This document shows, in pieces, positions 14,014 through 28,600 of a stretch of DNA of 64,000 bases (positions are counted from its first letter, which is position 1; every line of letters begins with the position of its first letter). The DNA comes from Trichoplax sp. H2. Taxonomy: Eukaryota. The position numbers and the translations under genes are program-made. The notes under the pieces are model-generated. The model worked only from the letters and a program-made list of their open reading frames with translations, did no database searches and was not told the DNA's origin. The stretch spans positions 868,001-932,000 of the forward strand of contig NOWV01000011.1 in assembly GCA_003344405.1 (NCBI GenBank), given 5' to 3'.

Positions 14014-17000
14014 ATGGCTGATAATTCTGTTCTTTTTAAGGTAGCCATATTTATAACTGAAAATGCTATTAAGTATTATGATGTACAAGCTATAGATTAA
14101 GATTCGATGCAGTTAGAGATAACATCATATCGTTACAGGATATTGCAAAAGGCTAGATAAAATTTAACCTTGTTACTCAGATGTTTGTATCCTTTCTTGT
14201 AGGGTTCTCCTCTACACCAATACTTGGAAGGTATTGCAGTAGCATTGATCAGATTTTTCTTCTAACATGATTGTAATGTTTTACTTTATATAATATTTTG
14301 ATGCTACCTCTATCATATCTTTAGGAATCGAACATGGTCAGCAACTTGACGTGGAGCCACGCTCATTAAGTAACCAGTCGAAGGTACAAGAAAAACAACA
14401 TTCTAGATTGGCCGTTATTTATGTAAGTGATAGTTATTCTGCTATTCCTATCAATTCAAATCTTACGTGAAGTAATCCTTCCATTGCTGAAATTACATTA
14501 GTATTATATCAAACTACTGTGGCTGGCACTATGGCATGAAAGCACTAAAAGACAGCAACAGTTACATAATAAATTGGTTAGTAAGTCGTGTAATTATCTT
14601 GTTTATCCATCTTTTTAATCACTTGATCAACTGCAAATTTAGATAGAAAATGGTAAATACACTTGCATAGAACTACTACTTAATAATGATGTTCTACTGG
14701 AGGAAGATGAAGATATTGTTAGGCAGATAAACTCAAACATATTTGATAATTTATATCTCAAATGGAATAAGGTAAATATCGACTATATTGACCATATTTT
14801 ACAGCATGTATAAGTGATCCATCCAATACGCCTATTTAGCAATGCATATTTACTATCATTCAAACTTATTATATATTTTAGGTGAAATGGAATCAAGAAA
14901 TTGAGAAGGAATCTATAAAGATTAGGCAAGTACTCTGCGTCTTGAAACCTTACCTCAGAAAGCATTTTAGCCTTGAAATTAGCAAAGCTCTTAGTTTGTG
15001 TTTTAAAAGTTAATTTAATAAATTACTTTCTGCAATAGAAATTTATACATTCGTTGGCTTTCTACCTGCTTTTCCATTGGTCTAGCCTGTGCAATTGCGT
15101 TATACTTTAAAAGCTCCTTATTTTTTGGAACCTTAGCAATCCTGTCCTTATCGACATTTGCCTTTCTTGTTATGGGCTACTTTATCTATCGGTTGCTATG
15201 GGTAAGCTAAGCTTTCAGTACTTATCAGGAATAATGGAGTTTATAAAGTGAAATATTCTGTTACGATAACATCAGTTACGATTTAACTTCCTAATGCGTA
15301 CAAAACTTTAAAAATATTTAGCAGGAAAAATATACTAAAGTGGCGCAAGACCAAGATTTCACCACCTTAGAGAGTGCTATCACAACTATCGAAAATTATA
15401 TCGCATGCAGTAAGAAAGTCGTTCGATTCATTATGGAAATGGAAGTCATTTCTCGTGGATTTACACTGTAATTCAATAGAATAAATGTTCTCTCTTGAAT
15501 TGCTAAACTAGTCCTATTCGGATATAGGATCATTATTGTCACGCATCGAATGCGCTATTGAAATGAAAAATATTTTGCCTTACAGACTAGGTGATACTAT
15601 ACCACCTATAACCCGAATTGAACTAAAATCCGATCGACGCCAGTGTAACCATCTGCGTCAAACTCTGTTTATGATATCTTTAAAACAGATTATTGCTATT
15701 CAAGAGGCAACTAATACTATTGTAAAAAGGTAACTATATTTAAATCGAATGTACTACTCTTAGATTTGTTTTCTTCCTTCATGCGTGATGTGTAATACAT
15801 TGCATCTTACGTAAATATAACGACATTATTTGTATAAATACACTGCTATCACTTAATATTAATTAGATATGGACTTGGAGCGAAACTGAATAATCTCGAC
15901 ATTTGCTGTCCTATACCTTTATATGAATTGGGAATAGTGAAATCTGCTCAGGTTGTATAAATTCTTCTAGCTTATACGTTAAATGAAGAAATTTCTTCAC
16001 TTCAGTAAGATTATAACGGGAAAGTTCATCAGTAGTCTTACAATGTATCAAAATAATTGTTTTACCGTAGAATGAATTACTTTCCTTAGAAGAATATCAA
16101 GAAAATACTGACCATTTTTCCTTGCAATCAATAAAGGCAAGTTGGAATTAATACGGTCATTCATGGTGCAATAAAGGCTAACATTTAATGTCGTTCCTAT
16201 AGGCAATGAGATCACTCTGCTATAAGCAGTTTTCAGAATTCTTTTGTTGTTTGATACAAGCCTGTATAGTGTCAGGTTAGATCCGCGATTTTATTTTCCC
16301 TTTGAACGCTTACTACTGTAAATACCATAACTCCATAATGATATTATACTGTCATCCTTACACATTGCAGACACTGCTCTACGTCAAATCTTTGCCTGGC
16401 GTATTATTCATGAGTTGGTTGATAGCATAAAAACCTCATGCAAAGATCTAGCCGACTCTATGGAAACACAAAAATTAGCCTTCAGTGGTAAATATTATTT
16501 TGTAATCACTTAGTAGTTGCATGTGTTAGCTGCTGGTAATAGTGCCCAACAAGAAATAAAGATAAAAATTAGCACCCCTTATAATTAATGTACTAGTTCG
16601 CTTATTAAATGCTGACATTGTATCGATTTCGACCTGTAGCTGCCAAAAATAGATTATCAAGCAATTATAGTAGCGACAACCAAAGCAACACGGCACAAAG
16701 TCAGTTAAGCCAATCAATTAGGAACTTTCGTCTTCATCTTTTGGCTACTATTAACAGGTAGATTTTTTAGCCTGATAATGGTACCTACAATTTGATTTCC
16801 GTTTCATAATGTAGTTAAATATATAAAAACATGCAAAAATCTTTATAATAATATAGATTAGAGCTGTTTGAAAAGTGTGTAAAGGCTTTTGATGATAATA
16901 AGGAGCAAATTAATTCAGATAATTCCGCAACGGAAGGTAGAATACATACCGTGTCAATATACTTGTACGATATACTGTGCAGATGAAAGGTGATGCTTAC

Positions 17001-17990
17001 GTGAAGTAATTACATCAAACCTGGTATTGTCTTGATATAACCATTAAGGTCTGTATAATCAAATCACTATGGATATAAATTCAGCACGCGATTGCTGGAG
17101 TTTTGCTAAAACTACAGTAATGAAAATTCTAAACAAACCGATCGAAGACCCAGGTAGGATACCGGTGAATAGTTCTGCAAATACGTTCGTAACTTTGAAT
17201 ATAAAGAATATACTCTTGAATATCTGCCTGTAGAATCAAGAAGCCAACAAGATGGTAACGAAGAAACAGAAGGTACTTGACAATACAAAATTGCGATTAC
17301 ATTATAGGTAAGCTTAAAATAGACAGAATATATAAGTATATGAATTCTATAGTGGAAATCCCAACGGGACTCTCTTCAATTAATACTATCATTGCGGAAG
17401 AAAACGAAGACAAGGTAATAAGGAACTACTACACTTAAAGCTACTGAAAAATCTTTAACATAATCTAAATCTTGTACACATATTGCTTGTCTATGCTATT
17501 TCAGGTTTACGAAGCTTACATAACGAAGAAAGATATGGTGTCTTTGCTAGAAGGGATTGATAATTCTGTTGAGGTAGGAAGATATGCAATTATTACAGTA
17601 GTAAGTTACTCAAGTCTGATCGACGAACTGGTCGTATAATGTTGAATAATGTAGGATGTACAAAAAGAACAAATATCGAATACGGCATTAATGAATGAGC
17701 TGCAAAATGTTTTAAGAGACCGAGTTGCTGAAAAAAATTCTCCAGCGTATGCTGTTACTGAGAAGGTTAAACGAGACTTCATTCCTGCCACAGAAAACAA
17801 GCACTCTTATAATAATGAACGAGACAGATGTTTGGTTAATATCTTTTCTGGTACCGCATCAAGTGACGATTTATTAACAAATTCTAAATTGATATCGTCT
17901 ATAAATGCTATCCATGATGGCGGTGCGTTTACGATCAAACAAGACATCATTGGGGACGAATCGGATGACGAAACAAACTCTACGGATTAA
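14014..17990 (+). CDS. VEZT: Vezatin-like adherens-junction/membrane protein, multi-exon
   Basis: N-terminus MADNSVLFK/GSPLHQYLE (vezatin VVFENSPLYQYL); DVLLEEDE; a hydrophobic two-TM exon at 15039-15201; KVVRFIMEMEVISRGFTL; PPITRIE...QCNHLRQ; final exon MNELQNVL...STD-TAA. Confidence 0.8.
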
Positions 17991-19679
17991 TGAGACTGTC
18001 ATATATTATTTCTTGTTTCTTATCACTTTTATTTATAATTGAATATTCCCTTACAAGAACCACGAACGTTATATCAATTTTACCCTGTTTTTGGCGAGCC
18101 CTTTACTCGGATTACTATCGCAGTACATCGTCTGCACTGCAATTTACAAACACATATTATATAACCTTCGAATTTAGCAGTTGAATCCTGAACGTCTTTT
18201 ATTTTTCATGTATACAGATTGAAGACTAATGTATTTATTTTTAAATAATCTAAGATTATATTGTTGTTTTTACTAAAATTGAGTACAATAGAGTCCGCTG
18301 GATTTAATTTATGTAAAATGTTTCGAAATTGCAGTTGAATCATTACGTAGTAATCGGCAGCCCTGCATGACTGGATTGCCACTTTAAACTGATTTAACAT
18401 TATAGGTTCAATATTTAAGAGTAATTACGATGTAACATAGCTTGAGATCTTTAGCATGGTGAAAGTTGATTGATTTATTGACAAATTTTTTTGCTAGCAC
18501 CTTGAGTAAGATGGATATATTGAGCGTTGTATCATCGATCTTACTCGATAACCTAAAATTACAACCTGTAAAGACTTAAAATAAACGGATAAATCTGTAA
18601 AGGTCCACTTCATGCAACGTCGCTTTATTATTGATTAGACTATAGAAGTGTCTTGATTCATATCTGCGTAGTACCTCGTCAGATTATGCGTTTTAATATC
18701 ATATTCGATAGCCTTTATTCACAGTAAACAGCTACTGCCTAGAATTTTAACTCTTACTTAGATGCTTATTCATTAATTTTTGGATTACAGAATCAACGTA
18801 TAACTATCATATTGAATGAAATGTAGCTAAGCCAACTCAAATGCTGTGTATTTTAAATATTAGGCACACTCATACATAAATAGGGTTATACTGATTAGAC
18901 TCATAGAGCAATTTTTCGCACAAGGGCGTCGTAATACGGCTTCTAACTACTAGATGAATCCCATAGTTAGAATAATTCAGTTAATTAAAGGGTTCCAGTT
19001 CTGAGAATTTTGCATAGTATGAAATATTTTAGTGTACAGAAGTTATCCCAGGCATATAAAAAGGCTGCATTTGTAATGATAGGACTGCTCAGGGAGGCTT
19101 TTTAACCTTAAATAGCATCCTGACATAGCTTTAAACTGTTAGGTCAAAGCTTTTCTCGGGTGATTTCATGGGAGAATATAACATTCTGAAACTACTTGTA
19201 CACTGTACTCATGAACCCCTAGACTACAAATTTTATTATATAACCATTCCTATACAATGCAGAATGACAGAAAGTAAGAAGGATATAGATATCGACTCTA
19301 GTTTAAAAATCTTTGACTTCTATAATCCATTACCAACAATATTAATAATACAAGTCTAAACGCGAAGTTTTTACGTTAATCGATAAATAGGCCACAATCT
19401 TCCAATTTTAAAATCCTGAACAATCCGCGTATGTTTACACAATCACTAATTTGATATATATATATACATGATACGAATTTAAACCGCAGAATTATACATA
19501 TAATAACATTTAACATAGGTGTATATCCTGTCATACGCGTATATGTTAAAAAAGATCGAAATAAAAAGTCTTAAATTACATGTAAACAGAAAGTTCCGCA
19601 TTGAAGTGCGATATTAAAAGTCAAACATCGGATAATCTATGTTAATATTTTTAGGGTCGTTATTTTAATATAATTTCAG

Positions 19680-22600
19680 AGAAATCCAATCTAGGTAAAA
19701 ACGAATTTGAAATAAGAAATAAAACGTTTAATTTAATTTTAATATCTTGGACTTAGATAGAAAGGGTAAAATCCATTCTAAAGCAGCAATAATTCCATCC
19801 TAATACCAATACCACCAGAATAATAGTAGAAATCCTTCAACCTATTGCAACCTATCAGTAAGATCAAAAACTCTTGATTATTTCAAGATCAATGAGGATA
19901 ATAACTTTCAATAAAGAAATGCAAGAGGAACGTAAAGAGATATATCACTATTCCCCTCATAGTTTGATTATTTCATGTTATAGCGTAGGTATACCTGCTA
20001 GTTCGTGAAATCGATCTTATAGTTAAGACTTGATCATCAAGATACTTGTTAACTTCTTGCAATTTTTGAGATAGCTGGTAACGATACTATAATAATTAAT
20101 AAAATAAATACTTGTAAAGCGAAATATCTCTCGACGATTAGTCAAAGCATTTCTTGTCTTTACATAGGAAAATTGTGAAACACGTTGTAGCGTTCTCCGT
20201 TAGTAAAAAAGGGATAACATTTAGCAAGAAACATCTATATCATACATTTATGGAGATTTACTGTTGCAAAGTTTAACATTTAGCGAATTATAAAGATGAT
20301 ATACCGTATATTCATCTATTCAACTGGAATTAATAGTTATCTCTTTCATTATCCATTTAAACTAAATACTATTACAATATTTGCAAATATACTAACTGAA
20401 CAGAATTTATACCTTACCTTAGTCTCGACATTCTTCTTTAATTTATCAAATTCTTTTTTCTCAATATACTGATGTTTCATGGATTCCTGTGTAGATTAAA
20501 TTTCAGTCAATTATCAGTTACCTTGGTATGCTAATATCTAGCACATTAATTTTTCTAGCCTTAATACCTGTAGATTAAGTAACTGATCTTCTAAACCTTT
20601 CTTTGCATTCTGAATTTTTTCAACGTCCTAAAAGCATAGCTTTTTAACATCTAACTTGAAAATAATTTTAATACAAAGCTACTTACATGAGTTTGTTTCT
20701 TCAAAGAGTTATTTTCTAAAGAGATAGAAGTTGTTATATGAGCGACTTAAGCACTAATTTCGCATTTAATGAAAGCAGCAGACGATAATATAACTTCTTA
20801 CCTTCATTTAAGAGATTACATCTCATTTCTAATTTGGCTTTTTCATCTACCTCTTGGGCGAAAATAACGCTTGCTTGTTCGATCTTGAATAAAGATTTAA
20901 AATCATTAGCTGAATTAGATTCTGCTCTGAGTTACGGTGTTAGTATTTCAACCTATGGTAACTATTTTCCATCAGTTTTACACAAGGTACAAAATATCAC
21001 TCAGAAAACCTTTTTCAACTAGCAGATTTGTCCTAGAATGCTGAATTTAACTCATTAATATCCATTTGACACACGAACATGGAATTAATACGAATACGCT
21101 GAAGAATTCTCTTTCGCTAGCAGATTCTGTTCTAAATAACAGTTACAGTATAAATATTTCTCTTCAGCGCTACTCACAAGATAAGGACAGATTACCAATA
21201 TATTAATTAAAAAGAGTTCCTTAGCGGACAAATTCTCTCTGCAATTGCAATTGAACAATTTCTACTTCACTGTACGTGAAGTAAGGAGTCGTTCAAGCTA
21301 TATTAGCTAGGAAAAAGTCCATAGCTAATGGTCTATCAAGCTTTCATCCAAATTGATGAGACATTGTAGAATAGAGCTGTGATTGTCAATTTTATCTGCA
21401 AGATTTACCTGGTGTCTCATATCACTGATTGATGTTTGCATGGAATTTCTTTCACGATTATATTCATCTTGAAGGGATGGAATAGCATCGACAGTCTCTT
21501 GCAGTTTCTATAATGTGAAACATTTATTACTATTGTTAGCGATTATTATGATCAGTTTGCTCCAGCTTAAGATTCAAAAAAACCATGAGAAAATACTATT
21601 TTCGGTTACCGCTTATTTTTAAACTGATTACCGGAATGAGTAGACTTACTTTCAATTTACTTTTGGCATTTTTATATTTTCGTGACATAGCATCCAATTT
21701 ATTTTCCAATTCCTTACTCCTGAAGAATGTAACGAATCATGCTTATTAAAATTTTACATTAAGTAGATATAAAGGATATTGTAAAGCCTTGTTGTCAGAA
21801 GCATAATGCAACTAGAGCCAAGCTTGAGAATTAATTTATGCAGTGAAATGCTTATCCAGGGCTAAAATCTGTGACACTTAATATTATACGACTATATTTG
21901 AATGCGTTGTTCTATCGGAAAGGTATGTAATATCATCGTCAGAATAATATCGTTCTGCATTACTGCTATACATACAATTGAAGAAGCTACTGGTCAATAA
22001 TCACGAGAAGACGAAAATATCCTTTATGTGCAGAATTGGAGCGTAAATTATATCTACTAATGCATACTTGTATTTCCATTCTTCGGCAATTTGATCAGAA
22101 TTACTCTTCATAGCATAAGCTCTTTCGGCATTGATAATTTCCTATAGATTTAAAATTGAAAATAACTGATATAACGAGAATTTCTTTAAAGTAAAAGAAT
22201 AATTTGAACTATTGTGACAGAGATTTAGGAACGAAAATAGATGCTGAGCATGGATAGATTTCTCTTATTATTATTCCAAATTATTCAACTAAAACTATTA
22301 AAAGTGTTATTTTTGTGTTATAAAAATCTTCTATAGGTAAATAGATATATTAACTAACACGATTAGTGCGACAGTATCAATACGGAGAAATTCGCCCATA
22401 AATCATTCGGCTCTAAGTATTAAAATCTACTAAGCGCTAAATAAATTAATACTTTCAACTAGCCCAGCGGAAGATCGATAGTGTAATAACAGATTAATTC
22501 CAGCACGGTTCCTAAGCACTTGACTATGAGTATCGTAATCTTCTCTAGATATATTAATACTGTAGTTTCAGCCAGTATAAAGGGGAGAAGCATAGACTAA

Positions 22601-25600
22601 TTTTGGCACCATTTTCCAATCATTCGGTTAAAATTATCAAAATAATAACAGGAAAACGTTCCCTTTAGAATAGAATTCTTACCTCTCGAAAGCGCCTATC
22701 AATCCCTGAATCACCTTTTTTCTTCTCTAGCTTCGACAGCTATGTTAAAGAATTCAATTTTTCATATATTTAAACATTTTTTATCTATCTTGCCTATGAG
22801 AAGATTTTTTAAAACATAATTCATAATTGATAGATGACAAGTACTGTTAGACCAGCTACTCTAATACTTATTAATACCTTATGCCCTAGTTTTGATTTTG
22901 ATTTTATTTCTGATTCCCACAACAAGCGTGATTCTTCAGCATCTTCTTGCAAGGATGCATTCAAAGACGATACTTCCTATCATATGTGGATATTTCAAAA
23001 CATAGTTAAACATGAATGTAAATCTTACTTTAATAATACTGTATAGCCTGCAAGTTTCTGTATCATACCTGATATTTTTTTTCCAGTTCTGAATGAGATT
23101 TATTAGTTTCACTCAATCTAGACCAAAGTTCATCTTTTTCCTGCAATTGCAGAAATTAATTTAAAATTATTCTAATCCATCATTTAGTATTAAGCCATCT
23201 TAAATGCCAACGAAAAAATTTTCCTGTAAACATGGAATAATTTTAATTGCCTACCTTATGAGATGACGCTAGACTTTCTTGCATAATTTTATTTCTGGAT
23301 TGTTCACTTCGTAAAATGGCTCTGCATTCAACTAATTCGGCATCGGTTTTAGCAAGATCCATCCTTATTTTTTCCTTTAAATATTAATATTTATTAGACC
23401 ATTAAGCATTTGAAACATCCTGAGAAAGAGCTTTCAAGCTGATTTGACCAGGGATTACTGAATAAAATTTATAATTACCATCGCATTATGTGTATCATTT
23501 AATATAGAATTTTTCTCATCAGCTCTTCGAGTATATTCCTCAACAGTAGATTCTTTAGCCATAAGATCAGCTTTTAATCTTAATATCTCACTCTCTCCTA
23601 ACTGTTTATGAGCTAAGGATTCGCTAAGCTGAAATATAAATCAAATGAAAGATAGGAGATAAAATTTATTTTTAAATTGCAGCATTACGTCTTGAAAACT
23701 TTACACCTAAAATTATATTATAAGTTGAAAATTACTTGTCGCTTCGTTTCGTCCAAATCTTTCTTTATTTCGTTGTATTTAGTTTCTAAGTTGCCTTGAT
23801 CCTAATTCCACATGAAAAATGCCGTATTTGAAAGAGCTCTAGCTAACATACAGCTGGATACTGTTAAATGATAATGTGACGACAAAACTTACTACTGACG
23901 ACATTTCCAAGGCTCTATCAGCAACGGCTTTTAATCGATTTGCTTCATCGAGTTGCTATGTTTAAAAAGAAAATATGGTTATTATATTAGTATTGAGTAG
24001 GAAATGTAATTCATCTCCTTAAAACATTCCAGGTATTTCAGAACAAGCAATTATTGGAAGGTAATATTAAGTTCTCAACCTCTTTCAGTGAAGACAATTC
24101 CTCTTCATATCGTTTGGATGAGAGTTTAGATTTCACCGCTTCATCGCGTGTTCGCTGTAATACAGTTTGTAGATCTTTTTGCTCAGAGTCTAACTTGGTT
24201 TTTTCCTGTAAAAGGTATGTTTAATATGTAAACTCTCAGTACAAATAGGTGATCATAAATAAGTTTATATTAGGCACTTTTAAACTTCAAAATTTATAGG
24301 CATATCTTTTGAAATTTTACTTCAAGATTAACGTATATGACCCAAAATTATTGTGGTAAATTCGGCAATTGTTCATCAATAGTCAAGGGTAAAAACAATT
24401 TTAAAGCACTTTACCTCATTATAATCACGTCGTATTTGATGGACAGAAGCATTAAGCTGATCCTACAGTTAAAAATTAATTAAGGGTCAAGATTATTCCT
24501 TAAATAGCTTTAAACCGAGAAATTTCATGCAATCTATCAAATTAATTGATATTGAGATTATTCCTTAGATGGGCTTTAAACTGAGCAAATTATGCATTCT
24601 ATCAAAGTCAATGCTATTACCTGAACTTTCCTACTATAATCTTCCTTTTCGTTGAGAGAATCTGTTAATTCTTCAACTCTTCTTCTAAGGAATGCAACTT
24701 CACCAGCTTGACCTGAATATCTGGAGACATTAGTTACAAGGTCTTGCATCAATATCTAACTTGTAAATTTGTCAAAACTATAGAATGGATAACTTTCAAC
24801 AACCACTCATGTAAATGCTAAAACTACGAATTAGAATAGCGGTATTATTACATCGGTGAGACATCTATAGAAGTTACATCTATATTTCATAGCATATTTT
24901 TGCTAAGAATGTAATAGAGCAATAGATTCAACAATCATTCATGTAAATATTAAAAACTAGAAAAAAATTCCCAGTTGACGTAAAAGTTGCAACAAAAGAC
25001 AAATTACTTTTCCTCTAAGCCAGAAAGTTGAGCTCGTAGTCTTGTATTATGATCCTACGACAATAAGACAATATTAGCAAATTAGGCAAATGAAGAATGA
25101 AATTGTTGACTGGCAATCTAGCAAGAAATGATAAATATAATATCAGTATGATTCTACCTTTTCCTCTCTTAACGCATCGCTCATGGCACCTAAAGCATTA
25201 CGCTGCTGAATAAACTCTTGCTGAGACATTTCAACATCATCAGAATGCTTAGCGATGAGCTGATTAGCATTATTAACCTCATTTTCCAAGGTAGCAATTT
25301 TGTTTTCAGTAATTCCAAGCTGCAGTGTTAGAGACTTGAGAACCATAATAAAGAGATTAGGGTTAAAAACAGCTGAGAAAAGCATTATAATTATGGATAA
25401 ATCATTTAAGAGCCGTTGCCTAATTAATATCATTTTACGTTATTTATGTCGCAGCAATATGCTTCCTATGATACATAATACTTTGCTTATTAACTTAATC
25501 TTACTTGCGCTTTCTCCTGTAGCATTCGATTTTCACGAATTAATTTGCTTTCTTTCTCCTCCCATTCTTTCCGATCCTTATTTCTAGTTCTAAAAATTGT

Positions 25601-28600
25601 AATAAAGAAGTTAGTATTATAATACTTGTAACCCAGAGAATTCAGCTGTATTTTTAAAGGTTAAGCAAAAGATTTAGGTAGAATCGCAATCGGCTCACTT
25701 TTCCGTATCAGCAGTATTTTGATAGATTCTCTCTAATTCTTTATTAGCGTTGACCAGTTGTAACTTTATAGCCGTATTCTGTACACCCAAAAACATCAAT
25801 ATAACTTAATAATCTAAATTTTTTATTATTAATCTAGAAATTGTACATCAAAAAATGCTAAAAATATGATGCCATTCATATTGTTAATCTATACACATTT
25901 AAAAATACGATACCTCTGCTTCCATCTGGTGCCTTTTAGCTACTTCTTCGTCATAGCCTGTACCCCGTAAAGAGACTTCCGCCTTTATATTGGTTAATTC
26001 TGTTTCAAACTGTTTCCTTGCAGTAATTAAAGCTTGCTCTGTTGCAGCCTAACTCATAGAATAACTTGCAGTTAAATACCCGAAGGTAGACTGTAGTAAT
26101 ATTAAAGGAGATAACTGACGTTTGTTTCTTCACGGTGTTTCAATCTCATGCGCAGATCTTCAATATCAGCCATATATTTAATTCTTGTATCTTCGATGAT
26201 TGTTTGCTTGTTTGCAAGCTCCAGCTACAACGTAACATAGTAAATTCAATAAATTCTTAATAGGCTATAGTACTTTATATCCAAAATTGGATTGAAGCTG
26301 TAAATAATACACTATAAAAGATATGGCAAAACAAGTTATACCTTGTGTTGCATAGTTTCCAATTTCAATTCCTCTACGCGATCATCAACTTGTTTAACAT
26401 TATCTTGCTTAGACTAAAAAATATGAATGAAAGTTGCGTTCATATCTCGTCTCCTACTATAGGTTTATAACAACTAGAATTAATTTCACCACTAAAATTT
26501 TTAGTATTATCTCAATAACATGCTGTGGTATCGCCATATTTTAGAGGTACGCTTACAATAATGTACAGTAAGCACTACGTTAGAATTATAATCGACTACC
26601 GGTAATGATGATCTTATTCATGATTGAAAAATAAGAATTAGTATTTCATGAAATTAAAATGCCGTAACAACCCTCTTGGTTTAAGTAGCAATCGAATTGG
26701 AATTAATAAGAAATATTCCAATTCTAACACCCTTGATATCCAACATACCGTATTTTCAGCTACGCTACGATAGTTCTATCAAAGAAACAAAGAAAAATGT
26801 TACTGCTGTTAGTTCACGAAAATTATTAATAACGACCTTATTTTGACGCATAACAGAATGAAGCCAACTAAAACTGTTTAGAAACTTACATCTTTTAACT
26901 CTCCTAATAATTTTAAGGTATCTTTATTACTACTTTCTAAACTCTTGTATGATGACTTCATTTCCGCTAGCTGCAACGATATATTCTCATTTTCTCGCTT
27001 CTTCTCTTGTAGCGTATTACTCAATACATCTAATTCATGTTGCAATTGTTGCTGGCTTAGCTTTGCGGCATTGCTCTGGCGAATTTCACTGGAATAGAAA
27101 CAAAAATCACCATTCTATCAATATCATTTATACTTCCTCAGATTGCATAAACTGATAGTTCATCAAATTTTTACTTAAGGTACTTTTATTGTGCAGATAC
27201 ATATTTCATGCAATCTTATTGGCAGAAATCGTAATATATTAGACCTTTTTAAGCTGTTTATTTAAAAATTATCTAATTATGTTATAGTACTTACAGTGCC
27301 AATTTATCTTCATATTTTCGTAATTGCTCCTTCAACTGACCTACAGTCATATCTGACGATCTCCTACCTTGAATTTCATCGTCTAATTTATTTCTATACA
27401 AGAAAGCGTTAGATTTACTATTGATAATTAAGATGCCCAAATTATATAAAAATCAGAAATTACCATGATTAGGAGAATAATCTATCACAGACAGAAATTA
27501 AGATAACGACTAAAATTTAAATTCAACTTGTCACATTATTAAATCTTATCAACTGAATTATGGAGATTCATCGTAATCATAAACATGATTAACTGTAAGT
27601 AGGAATAAAGATTCCCAATTCATTAATCTAATCCTAAATTCATGCATAAAAATCAATGCCTGCAGTTGTACTAAATATATCATACTTACTGGGCATTGCG
27701 ATGTTTATGCTCCAGATCTAATTTGGTACTTGTTACATCCGAAAGATCTCTATTTAATTCGTTATTTTTCCTTTTTAAATCAGCAGTTTCATCTTCTAAT
27801 TTATTAACGTAAGCTGATAAGCTGATGTTGGATTGTTTTTCTTTGCTTAATTGAAGTTTCAGTTCCCGATTATCTTCTTGCATCCGAGCTAATCGTTGTG
27901 CTTCTATTGACATGATTACAAGAATAATTATAATCGATTTTAAATATAGGATTTCAAGGTATAATCCAGCACTAGTTTGAGTAATCTATCTTTAGAATAG
28001 ACAATCCAAATCTAAATTGCCTACTATGCACTCGTATGATCCTATTTGCAGGTAATCATTAATTCTTTCATTTTATAAAGCAACAGTTTTTATACGAAAA
28101 TACTTCTCTCAGTCAATATTGCCATAGGTGACGTTCTCATACACAACAATTTTATCCGAACTATTAAAATGAAAGACTTACTATAATATTTTACTATCAA
28201 TTAAGCACTGGACTATTAGTTTATCGCTGCAATACTAAGACATAATTAGTTTAACAAATTAAAGAAATAATCTCAATTCCTACAAATGATTTTACGGTAT
28301 GTCTATAATCTTCTACTATGCACAAAATCGTTTTTATTATCTACATTATTTAAAATATCTGATTCCCAGTAGATCGAAACTACACTGACTAACTAGGGCC
28401 TAGTCAGAAATCACTGAAACTCCAAACTATTGCTAATATTTGCAGACTATATTTACCTAATAGCTGCGAATTAGTAGAATGATATGGCGCATTTCGAGAT
28501 GGACTTAAGCTTCGCATCTATAAAATTCAGTAAACACGACATTAATGTACTAATGTGAATAAGTTGAAGATGTTATCATGTATTTTAATTTATTATTTTA

